Assembly: GCF_964204645.1 (NCBI RefSeq)
Contig: NC_134032.1
Span: 8,916,275 to 8,980,274 of the forward strand
From: Tubulanus polymorphus
Taxonomy: Eukaryota > Animalia > Nemertea
Length of the DNA stretch: 64,000 bases
Reading direction: 5' to 3'
Both the position numbers and the translations under genes were made by a program. Within the stretch, counting starts at the first letter, position 1; each line of letters begins with the position of its first letter. Below, piece by piece: positions 27,165 to 39,014 of this stretch. Under the pieces are notes generated by a model that was given only the letters and a program-made list of their open reading frames with translations, had not been told where the DNA came from and ran no database searches.

Positions 27165-30100
27165 GAATATACGAGGGATATATTTCTAAAATGTGGTTGA
27201 ATCATTTCTAAATATTTCTCCTGATGGAAAGAGATGTGAATTTAAGTATCTGAGATAAATCTGTGCGACTGACTCGATTTCTCCAACTGCAGTGATAGAT
27301 CGAATGGTTGCAAGGTTGTCTAAGAAGTCGAATATATTTAAGCATTTTACAGTTACTAGCTGCCGCATGGTACTTTTTCCATGTACTGGTCGGTCGTTTC
27401 TTTCTTTTCTACCAACTATTGGTGAGATTTGTTGTCCATTTTTTGAAGAAAATCATTTTAAAAATCGACCAGATGAAACGTGCATCAGATTAGTTTTTAG
27501 AAAAGTGAAAGAAAAAACGAAAAAAAGGAGAAAGGAAATAAATATGTCCGCCATAATTCCAGATGTTATATTCTACATGTGTACGATGCATTTCCGGTTC
27601 GAACTGATAATATATGCATGACGTATTTCCTGTTCGAAGCTTCTTTTTATATATAAACGTATTTCTATATGCTTGTCGTATTTGCAAGCATGTTTGGTTG
27701 ACAAAAAAGTACAAAAGAAAATCTTTAAGAAAACCATTCAGACCGACGTATCATGTTATGATTTTGCACGATTTCTGATAAATTGTTGTGAATTGCTGTT
27801 TCATTCCACAGTCATTGTGCCAGCGTGTGTGAAATGCTGCATAATTTTGCTGTACACTCTTTATCGTGGGACCATTTCCTTTTATATCGATTCCCCTGAA
27901 CTGTCCATTTATATGTATTAATTCTACTAATATTTTGTGAGGGTTCTAGCCGTGTGTGGGATACGCACAGCTGTGCACGGGGGAACTATGGGAATGACAT
28001 AAGTACCTCTGCTGTCCTATTTAGGTTGCGCATTTTGCCAAGTTAATTATGTTCGTCAATACACACCCGATGGTCGTCGTTGTCGTGACAATCTTTTAAT
28101 GTCGACGACTACCACTTAGTAAATTGAATTTAACAAATACAACTTGGAACTGAAGGGACGACTGACGAAATATACCGACTAATCCAACGAATGACATAAC
28201 GGGGTCGATTCTACATTGCTCTGGCAAATCTGACAATCCTCTCAGCGGCGTCAATGTTTTCATGACATAAAAGAAACAGGAGCAGTTTATACCTAGTTTT
28301 TTTTCCAGTGCAAGGCGCAATACAGATTGTCTTTGAAAACGTATTGAAAACATATAACGAAGAAATTGTGAACGAAATAATTACGGACTTAAAGATCAAT
28401 TTGACAATAAAGATATTTTCATTCATGCTCCTTGTTGATATCGATCTCAAATTCGATCGAAGGATTTCCCTAGGTTGAAGATGCAGTTTTTGATATAAGG
28501 GGCTGCTCAAATCCATTTGTTCTAACGGCGAGGAGTGTGGAGACGAAACTGTTGCAGTCGCTAAGCCTCCGTAGTATTTGAATGAAAAAGAGGAGAAAAC
28601 CAGTGAACAACTTTCAGCTTAGTATCTCTATTCTTCATACCGGTCGACCGCTTTTGGGCCTAATTCGTACTATCGTTGGTGATAGAATAGCCAAAATCAA
28701 ACGTAGGGATAAAAAACGATGATAGAAAGCCACTATTTACAGGTTGAGAATATAAAACGCCGATAATTTCTTGAATCAAAAAATATATCGAAAGATACGA
28801 CATTTCGAACTCTCCCCGATATTAGGAAAATAATTATATTCATTCAATAAATTATGTGTAACAGCAGCTATAGGTTTAGAGCAAATTAATAGTTCCTGGT
28901 ATCGTCAATAAACTCAGTTTGAACCGAACTAATTCAGCCTTGAAAACCATTCAGTTTGGGGTCACCAGTTTCATAAATCATTGTTTTAACATCAGATCAG
29001 CATGTGGTTTTCACATTAGTTGCCATTGCTACCAGGGACCATAATTACTGAATTAATAAACCATTTTACAGTTGCTAGCCGCCATTTTGTTAGGGTACTT
29101 TTGTCCCGTATTGTTGGGTCATTTTTTTCTATTTTTTTAAAAGTATCCGTGATGCGTGTTGTATCATATTTCATCTGTCCATGGATGGATTTTGACAACT
29201 TCAGCAACATTCAAACCGCGTGAATTTTTAGTTTTCAGTTATGTAAAAATCATTTCTCAAATTTACAACAATGCGACATGAGAGCGATATAAAAATCGGT
29301 GGTCAGTTTTTGCCGTGCGCATAGAAATCAAGGGTACTGAACTTTGAAGTTCGTTATTTTCAGAAATAATTTTCTAAAAAATCCAAGCATTTCAAGAACT
29401 GTGCGCATAAATGCCCCCTTTCAGGTGAACTTTGAAATTTTAAGATATCTTGCCTAGTTTTTTTCCTATGGCACTTTAACTGCAGCGCGTGTATTGTCAT
29501 TCCGAGATTCGGCGCTGTTTTCTTTGCGTGTATTTCAGTATATGGGTGTTATTTTTTCATTTTTACTACACTTGTCTCTACGGAAAATGGTTTTAATTGT
29601 TGGTACGAGTATCAGGTTTTAATATTACGGCATTAATACTGTATTCCGTTCTCCGGCGCTAGTTCGTAATGGCTGTATTGGTAGCCGCTTTTACAGCAGG
29701 CAGAGGCTTACGTACATGCACCCAAGAAAACCCAAAATATCACTCTTTTGTTGTAAATGCAATCCACACACTTCTTGCGATTTTGTGATGGTAGATGTCA
29801 CTTTTTACTTTTTATCACCTGTGTCTGACATTAGGATACTTGATACTTGATATGTCACCACCAAAGCAAGAAAACGTTTTCCTATATTTTCTTCCCAATC
29901 TAATCAATCTTGTGTGTACTTAATAGAAAGTATTCATAGAAAGTAGCTGAATATTTGCCCCAACCCATTTGTCCAGCTTTTTGACCACTTCTCAATCCAT
30001 CTAATTTCAGTAGATTTTTATGTAAATTTATTGATAGACTACTGATTTAAATGGTCATCATACTCGATTTTGAGTGTTATATTTCTTTTCTTCTTCCATC

Positions 30101-30823
30101 TCAATATAGGCCCATATATTCTCTTCCCGCGCGCAACTTCGAATACGTGATCAAAATGCCGTTCAGTCTCGCTGCTAAAACTGGTAAAAAAATCCCTTAA
30201 ACTCCAACATCTCTAATGTCTTCGATCTATTATATTGCATAAATGACGTAATATTAAAACCTGATACTCGTACCAACAATTAAAACCATTTTCCGTAGAG
30301 ACAAGTGTAGTAAAAATGAAAAAAAAACACCCATATACTGAAATACACGCAAAGAAAACAGCGCCGAATCTCGGAATGACAATACACGCGCTGCAGTTAA
30401 AGTGCCATAGGAAAAAAACTAGGCAAGATATCTTAAAATTTCAAAGTTCACCTGAAAGGGGGCATTTATGCGCACAGTTCTTGAAATGCTTGGATTTTTT
30501 AGAAAATTATTTCTGAAAATAACGAACTTCAAAGTTCAGTACCCTTGATTTCTATGCGCACGGCAAAAACTGACCACCGATTTTTATATCGCTCTCATGT
30601 CGCATTGTTGTAAATTTGAGAAATGATTTTTACATAACTGAAAACTAAAAATTCACGCGGTTTGAATGTTGCTGAAGTTGTCAAAATCCATCCATGGACA
30701 GATGAAATATGATACAACACGCATCACGGATAGTTTTTAAAAAATAGAAAAAAATGACCCAACAATACGGGACAAAAGTACCCTAACAAAATGGCGGTTA
30801 GCAACTGTAAAATGGTTTATTAA

Positions 30824-31223
30824 TTTAAACAGTTGCTGTTATCATGAAAGGGAATTTAACATAGTTGGCGCTCGCGCGACGTGGCAGGAGCGCAACGTGG
30901 CAGTTTCGTGGCAGTTTCGCGAGTGCCTACATAGGGGGGATCCCGAAACAGAGAGGGAGAGAGAGACCGAGAGACATTGCACCGGAACTGGAGAACAGCC
31001 CTGAGAGAAGAATAAAAATAAAAGCTATACTATTCACTGGAGAAGATTCTTCTAACGTTTCATTTTTACTATCACTGGTGGAGAACCCGGGCATCGATCC
31101 CGGTACCTCTCGCTTCTAACGTTTCATTTTTTACAATCACTGAACCACGCTCTGCCAAACTGCCACGTCGCGCGAGCGCCAACTATGTTAGATTCCCTTT
31201 TATGATAATTGCAACTGTTTAAA
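30824..31223. mobile_element. MITE with ~60-bp TIRs and an 8-bp TSD, nested in the fold-back arm
   Basis: TIRs TTTAAACAGTTGC...ACATAGTTGGCGCTCGCGCGACGTGGCAG and its complement. TSD TTTATTAA at 30816-30823 and 31224-31231. The empty site is visible in the left arm. Confidence 0.85.
31076..31113 (-). pseudogene. tRNA-Ala 3' half (about positions 39-76) including CCA
   Basis: Minus strand GCGAGAGGTACCGGGATCGATGCCCGGGTTCTCCA-CCA has the tRNA-Ala type GATCGATG T-loop, a paired T-stem CCGGG/CCCGG and the TTCTCCA acceptor end. There is no 5' half. Confidence 0.75.
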
Positions 31224-31491
31224 TTTATTAATTCAGTAATTAATAGTCCCTTGTAGCAACTGCAACTAATGTGAAAACCACATGCTAATCTGATATTAAA
31301 ACAATGATTTATGAAACTGGCGACCCCAAACTGAATAGTTTTCAAGGCTGAATTAGTTCGGTTCAAACTGAGTTTATTGACGATACCAGGAACTATTAAT
31401 TTGCTCGAAACCTATAGCTGCTGTTACACATAATTTATTGAATGAATATAATTATTTTCCGAATACCAGAGATCATCGCCGTGTCACATAT

Positions 31492-31823
31492 CATCCTCCC
31501 TAGGCAGGGATTCGAACCTGATGGCATCGCTACACTCAGCCACGGCACCAACCCCTGCCCCAGTAGACCGTGTGCGCAGGTGTACATGCGCAGCTTTGCC
31601 GCAAGAAAACCTGCGGCACCAATCAGATCGCTCGTTGATAATCGCTGAGCTAAATTTCACGGTAGCACTATAAATGGGAAAACCCAGGCGGAAATAAAAC
31701 GGGATTTCTGATTGGCTAATAATGACATCATATCTAAGCTACGCGTGTAGCTGTGCACTCGGTCTAGTGTGGCAGGGTTTCGTGCCGATGCCATCAGGTT
31801 CGAGTCCCTGCCGGGGGAGGATG
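31492..31823. mobile_element. MITE with tRNA-like TIRs and a perfect 9-bp TSD
   Basis: GTCACATAT-[CATCCTCCC...GGGAGGATG]-GTCACATAT. Both arms carry a Pol III B-box (GGTTCGA(A/G)TCC) pointing outward. Confidence 0.75.
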
Positions 31824-32184
31824 GTCACATATATACATTCATTATTTTGGGCGTTGTGTTGACAATCATCGTTTTAGAAGAGTCGTTACACCATGATCTT
31901 TTCATCGTCATTTACGCAATCCTCGGCATCTGGTAGATTATTATGCTCAAGGCGTCGCTGAATACTTCCTGCTGCGGAGACAAACCCGATCTTTAACAGT
32001 TGATAATACAGGTCCGCGATCTGTAATCAGTAATCTGCTTTACGAGCATGTTGCGGAATCCAATATCGCCATGGATTACAACGGATCGAAGAGAGCTCGA
32101 CTGGCGGCAATCAAACCCTGGCAAGCGAGGATAATTTGGCGTGTACTACAAAGGGGCACGTTGTCGACGACACGCGACCTGATG

Positions 32185-32258
32185 CATCTTCACCCGTCAA
32201 GGGATTCGAACCCACTACGATAAAGCTGTTCGGGGTTCGCCTAACCCCTTGACCTCAC
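32185..32258 (-). mobile_element. tRNA-derived SINE-like head
   Basis: Minus strand GGTCAAGGGGTTAGGCG...GTGGGTTCGAATCCC...GGGTGAAGATG has A-box-like and B-box motifs. Confidence 0.4.
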
Positions 32259-32564
32259 AAGTCGTTGGAGTCTTTACTAGCCGACCAGAATCCGGTCGTA
32301 CCGATCACAGCGCTTGTAACAAACGACTTTAGGCTTCGATTGGTTTTCCCGTAAAATGGACCAATCAACGAACGTTTTACTGAACAAGGAAGTATTTCGC
32401 AAAGCGATATATGACGTCATGCGCAACAGCGCCAGTAATGAAATCACGCTTCGTGAGGCCAGGGGGCTGGTGGAAGCGAGTTCGGGAGTGATACCGGACC
32501 CCTGGCAAGTGAGGATGGACCTGATGGATCTGCGACCAGAACATTTCGATGAAACGGCCGATGA

Positions 32565-33370
32565 AGCGGCCACGGGTTTAATTCGATTTTTCCTGTGACA
32601 GTTTTGGAAGGAATTGTCTATTAGTCATTTATTAACTGGTGTCCCAAAAATCACTGTAAAAGTTGTATCGTGTCTTTCGTCCAACAACAGTTCTAAGATG
32701 TTGTTATTTGGATATGTTTCACGCAATGGGCGGACAAATAAAAGCAGACCGCACAGCCCAGCGTGGGTATTTCATCCAGTATTTTTAACTGAGATCTTTG
32801 ATGAGTGTATCTATTTCGTTTTAAGGATTTGGGTCCCATAATCGATCCCCTGGAGCCTAAAATGGTCAATCGTAGAAATGGTTCGCCATTGACATTTTCA
32901 AAGATAGGGCTGTTACGATTTACGATTCTTGCGCGCGCGAATGTGAAACTCAACGATAAAACGATAAAAGATTTTCTCACACAGTGTGGGGTCCCCAAAC
33001 GGGGTCGCCAAGAATATCTTGGCGGTATCTCAAGGTACTTTACTTGCGTTCGGTACATCTCATGTAAGTTTTCAATCCGCCAAGGGATATTTTGATTCAT
33101 ATCGCTGTATAAGCTAAATCCTTATAACAAACTTTATCAATTAAAAGGGACACGTGTTCGATGAGAGAAAGGATATACTTTCTTGAAAGTAAGTGGTCTT
33201 TCAGGCCGCTAGCTAGTGAACTAGCAAAAATTCATCCGTATAAACTCACTGAATATGAGAGGGAATGCGACGAATGTTTTACTTCACGGTCACATGGAAC
33301 AGAACAGTCGACGGATATTCATTCTATGACCTGAATTCTTTACGTCCAAATATCAACTAGTTCCAAGGAA
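32565..33370. repeat. Old diverged direct duplication or dispersed repeat; partner at about 35505-36600
   Basis: Collinear blocks TTTTGGAAGGA.TTGTCTAT, AAATGGTCAATCGT.GAAA, AAACTCAACGATAAA and AACAGTCGAC...ATATTCATT. Confidence 0.7.
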
Positions 33371-33473
33371 ATGAACCGACTACATGTTTGACCAATTTCG
33401 TCTTTAAATTCCGATACATTGCGCATGACTAAAAATCTCGGACGAGTTTCTATACTTTTGGTAATCGGATCCA

Positions 33474-34491
33474 TATGGTGGCTGATAAGGGCCATGAAAA
33501 TATTTCCTGACAAAAAAATTCTTTCGTCATGAAAGATAAATTTCCATCGAAAAATATTTCGTGAGTGAAAATAATTTCCACTGTGATAAAAATAAATTTC
33601 CTTCAAAATATATTCGTTAGCAAAAATAGTTTTCTTCCCTTCAAAACATATGCTTAGTAAAAAATAATTCCGCAATGAGAAAATAAATCGCCTTCCTTCA
33701 AAATGTATTCCGACGATTGAAATATTTTCGCAGTGTAAAAATATTTGTGGGGTTTTCCGCTAGTGCGCGCTTTGTCGATTGAACCGCATATACCTGGCAC
33801 GACTTTCATGTAAAATCAGAGTACTTGGGTAGAGCATTTTTTTGATCCGAAAATGTCGTGACGAATCCTTGTGACCTAATGTTAGGAAGGATGGGATGGT
33901 GGTGCCGTCATCGGGTCCATGTGAACATAAATAAGGGCCAAAAATTTTTACAGTCAAAATCAAATTAAATTAGGGCTCTTGATTTTGATTCCTCCGGTCC
34001 ATCTAGAAATAACCATTTTTGGTCAAATGTAATGGACTCCGCATATCAATAAAAAGGGCCAAAATAACGGATACAAGTTGCTGTAGGATCGAAAACTAAG
34101 ACATCTTTTACTTGATGCCCCGTTCAACACACTACATACACACTACATACTTGACGGTACAAACACTGCTGCGTGAAAACGGGAAAACCCAAACTATTTT
34201 TACAGCAAAAATATGTTTAGACATATAAAAATATTTCTGATGGAAATATTTTTACTCACAAAAAATATTTTGAAGGCGATTTATTTTTCACACCGAAATT
34301 ATTTTCAGTCGCGAATATGGAAATTTATTTTTCATGACGAAATTTTTTCACTCAAAAAATATTTTTCGATGGAAAATTATTTTTCATAAAATTATTTTGA
34401 CTCACAAAATATTTTTCGATGGAAATTTATTTTTCATGACGAAATTATTTTTTGTCGGGATATATTTTCATGGCCCTTATCAGCCACCATA
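33474..34491. mobile_element. Non-autonomous TIR DNA transposon (TATGG termini, possibly IS3EU-like)
   Basis: TIR TATGGTGGCTGATAAGGGCCATGAAAATAT / ATATTTTCATGGCCCTTATCAGCCACCATA, plus about 250 bp of AT-rich subterminal inverted repeats. No clean TSD. Solo ends occur at 9332 and about 35703. Confidence 0.75.
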
Positions 34492-37400
34492 GAATGACGA
34501 CTTACACTTAGTAAATCTAATCAAAAATACAACTTTGTAATTCAAGCGACGAATTGTTCCGACAATGATGACATGACGAGTTCGACTATACATTGCACTG
34601 ATGTGGTTCGTTGCGAAATTTCATTAATTTGAAACAGTAAATTACTGACAGTTCTTCTTAACGCTAAATGTGCCGTTTGTAAGAAATCATATTCCATCAA
34701 AATCAATTTCAGTCAAGTGAAATTTTGTGTTGTGCCATCGGTAATCTGATATAAAGCTCAGAAACTACTTGAAATGGAGCCAGAAAACTATATATATCCA
34801 GAACGACTGAATGAAACGTCCAAATATTAGGATGATAGAAACGGGAATTTATTGGTATACAGCGTGAGTGCAGGTGGGTGAATGGTGAGTGAGAAAGGAG
34901 TCTATATCCGAAGTAGAACTCTACCACTCAGCAGTATGCTATTTTTAAGCTCATTGAGCCATAAATGGACTGCTGGCCGATAGGTGGTATGAGATGGTGG
35001 AAGTGAAATGAGCTTTGCATGAGGGAATGAAATGAGGGAATTTACAACATATCAAATCCATCAATATCAGAATGTGACCTCACCGCAACTATTCCATTTA
35101 AATGGCCTAATAAGAAATGGCATATTAAGAATAATTTCTAACATTCCATTTAACTAAAATCCGTCAGAGGAAATTGCAAATTTTACAATCCTCTCGGCGA
35201 AAATATATGTTATGGGAAGTATTTTCAGAGGGCGCCCTTCGAGCCCACAGCGACGTTTCCAGGTCTTTAACGAAACTAGACGCGTCTAGGGCGGTTTCAA
35301 CCTAGGCTATTCCCAGCTATGGGCGCAAAAACATTGTTTGAAAACTTAATACGATGAAATTGTGCATGAAGTAATCACGGACTCTATTTTATTATAAACA
35401 TCGAGCATATTTTCAATTATTCTCCTTGTTAATCGTTCCGAAACTCGCGCAAAGGATTTTCCCAGGACGAACGAAGTTGGCGGGAGAGGGCACTTGATTA
35501 AAATGAAACGGCTACGGGCTGAATTCTTTCCTAGGAAGCTTTTGGAAGGATTTGTCTATCAGTCGTTTCTCACGCGGTGTCTCAAAAATCACCGTTAAAG
35601 TTATACCGTGCCTTTCGTCGACCTTATTTTACCAGTTTCTGATTCAAGAATGCGAAGATGAATCTATTTTCTATTTTCGAGGTCATATAGAAAGTAATGC
35701 ATATGGCCCTTATCAGCCACGATACATGAAACTTTTTGCCAGGCAAAGCCATGATACAAAATCTTGCCCGAGAAATTGTGAGACATTTTAAATGGACTAT
35801 CTAATTATGTCGGTTGGCATTTTGCACAGAGCACTTATACCAAGTTCTGGTAAAAACTGATGTTGAAATGAAGCTGTCAAAATTTACGCCCATTAGTGTT
35901 AAGAGTAAGAACTAATTACGTAAGGGATTCGTAGTATCCTAGTACCAGTTGCATAATGTATCGATTTTCATTTCAATACCGAGATTTGTAGCTGGCGCTG
36001 CAGGAGAACCATTATGAGAGTTCCCTAGCATTACATCAGCGTATTTTAAAGCACAACTGCAACCACTACTAGAAGCAAACATCTCATTCAAAAATCGGGG
36101 TCCATATATTCGATCCCATGGTGCCCAAATGGTCAATCGTGGAAAGGGTGCGCCAGTGACATTTTTGTTAAAACATCGGGCTGTTTTGAACAACTTTCAT
36201 GCGAGCGCGAAACTAAAAACTCAACGATAAATGATTTTCTCACACAGTATCTCAAGGTTCTTGCATTTGGTATAATCGCGTAGGTTTTAACTCCGTCAAG
36301 GGATATCTGTGATAGGAGAATATTGATTCATTACGTTGCATAAAAGTTGCGGAAGCAGCAGAAATCCTAATAACTAAATCTATCTTTAAAAAGGGACTCA
36401 CAGCTAATCAAAGTAAGGGTAAATTTTCTTGAGAGTAATTGCGCTTTGAGACCAATAGCAATACTCTAATAGCATAATATGAAACAATGACAATAGTTTT
36501 ACTTCCCGGTCAGAATGGGACATAACAGTCGACCAATATTCATTTTTATGATCTGGATTCCCCGCGTCGATTGAAATATATCAGCTAGTTCCAAAAGAAC
36601 CCCGGGCAACCGGGCAGAACAAAAAAAGCCATAAATAATTATTCTCCATTGACGCAGTTGTATTGTGTAATCTTTTTCTTGCAAAATAGTGTAACCTATA
36701 TCTTTGAAAACTACTTCAGGTTTTACATTTCTATTCGTAACTATTCCAGCGAGATTCCGATTTTCACGTATTTCCGCTGATGCCGCCGAACTGATAGTGG
36801 CCTCGGGAGCACTCAAACACAAACATTCGAGGAGTTGATATGCCGAAAAAGAAGGACGTTATTGATTTTCAGGTAAAGTTAGCTCGTGGCCTTAGTGCCT
36901 TACTGACCCCCTCAAATTTTCATTACTTAATTCATTACCTACCATTCTTAATTATCCACACTTCACATAATGCGTTCAGAACTTCACCCGGGACGTTTTT
37001 GTTTTTAAATGACCACTGACACCATACTAACACACTTAAACAATAAACAAAATTCTTAATATGGACTTTCCTAAATTTACTTGACGGTGTGTGTCCAAAC
37101 CGGTATCAAGATTAAACTTAAGTAAATATGTACCTTAAAAGTTTAAGCATTTATAATTCACTTAAGTCCGAAATAAGTGAAAATCCGAATAAAACTATCC
37201 CGAGTTAAACTGTTCCATCAAAACTGCAGTACTGGCAACGGGGAACAATAGGATATGAACTTTCACTATCACTGAAGTGAAAATGGTAAGAGAGCATACC
37301 TTATTCTTCCGTTAGTATTTCTACGTAACTTTTTGTAAAGACAGCAGAAAAAAGAAAAAGAGTGCAAACTCCATTGGAATGATTTCAAATGATGGGAGAA

Positions 37401-38602
37401 TAAGTGACTTTTTGCAGATGATTAGGTCGAGAATAAGGACGGAAAAATACCAAGAAAATAATTTCTTTTTTTCAAATTATGAATAGAAACGCATACCTAT
37501 ATCTTATATCTTCAGCATTAAATTTTTGGCAGAATTTCGGAGGATTCGTCCTCTAAGTAATTGAAAAAGCCTAACATGTCTCCTCTTTATTTAATCCGTG
37601 TTTATCAGCATACCGGGGGACCCGTGGTTAAGACAGATCTTTGAACATGTGAACAATTTTGAAATATTGATATTTTTCCACGTATTTGACATGTAGCCTC
37701 TCCCTGGACGTATATTTACTACACCAACTATGATCGTTGTGATCTGGTGTGCTGGCCACAAAATGCAGACGGATCACACTACACTACACACGTTAACACA
37801 ACTGCCCACAGCTTTGATATTACCATCCTAGCTAGTGTGTCTCCCTGGATGCTGAACGATTTCATTTAACACGTACACTGTGTATGGAGTTTGTTGGACA
37901 ATTAATTTTTGTAAATTGGCCAATTTCTAAAATTCACTGCCCACTAACCCAAGGCGCTTTTACGAAACTGAATCTTTGTAAATCGATTTAAGTTTCACGT
38001 TTACGGCGCGCGGTTTAGTGAATCGGATTTGGTAAATCAACGCGTTTATGGATGCGGTTTCGTAAATTTATTTGTTAAATCGACTAACTTGCTCGGCGAG
38101 CAAGCTAACGATTTAGTCGGTGAAATCAAACATGGCGTCCTCTTCGACCGCGGTCTAAGACATCTATCGCAGACCATCATCTATCAATAATTCGGTCACC
38201 ATTGACGCCCATTTTCAGTGCGGTTTGCAAAATGCACTGCTCACGGCCATCAGGTTCGAATCCCCGCCGGGGGAGGATGGACGAACCCTGTCAGTTGAAT
38301 CATTTGCAGTTTCCTGGAAAACTTAAACAGGCCACACGCGAGGCGCACTTTCCATACTTTCCAGCAAACAGTCGTTCACAATAATCTCCGTCTGTTTTTG
38401 CACTAGTTGGAGCAGCAGATGAGTCTTTCCGCTCAGTTAGGATCATAGCCCGTGTCGACATAGTCTGTACTATAATATATTGCTCGTAGTTCCGTACTTA
38501 TGCTGCGATCCACAAAACGTGGAAGCGATCTTCCGATGTATTGAATCGGGTACACCTTAAAAATGGGTCTATGGTGGGTCGGGCAGTGTAGAGGAACTGA
38601 TA

Positions 38603-38989
38603 GCCCAGATTCACTTCTCTAGTATCATTCCAAGAAAAGGTAACTCCAACAACGTAAAAGAGTACAACAGCCTTGCAATAGCAGTTAACAACCATATCGG
38701 GAAACTATGCGCGGAACAGAATATCATGTTTATTGATAATGACACTATATTGAAACTTAAACCGTATGGTAAAGCTTTGGACCACTTTTATTCGCCGATC
38801 GATAAAAGTGGTATTCACCTCAGTGAAACCGGCAAGCTTGCATTGCTTAAACACTTTTGCGAGGCAATAGATGCTGTTACTAGTGATGCTTTCTGCACAC
38901 CGACCTCGGCAAAACGAAAGGAGAGATCACTATCCGGAACACCACCTTCAATAGAAAAAACCAGGAAAAAACAATACGTTGAATATTAG
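38603..38989 (+). pseudogene. LINE ORF1 C-terminal SGNH-esterase-like fragment
   Basis: In frame with the track ORF at 38726: AQIHFSSIIPRK...AVNNHIGKLCAEQNIMFIDND...DKSGIHLSETG. The SxIxPR, FIDN and GIHL motifs are typical of esterase-type ORF1p. Confidence 0.65.
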
Positions 38990-39014
38990 TCAAACACCAT
39001 GACTTGTTATTTGT

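Larger units (their letters stand above)
28820..31465. mobile_element. Fold-back element / long inverted repeat: arms 28820-29629 and 30247-31465, spacer about 0.6 kb
   Basis: Direct reverse-complement match over about 810 bp. The right arm is interrupted by a 400-bp MITE. Confidence 0.9.

Noticed and set aside
31492-31823. Functional tRNA genes at the B-box motifs (also about 8100, 21625, 32210 and 38250)
   Set aside because: No complete cloverleaf or acceptor stem could be built; the copies are diverged and lie within repeats.
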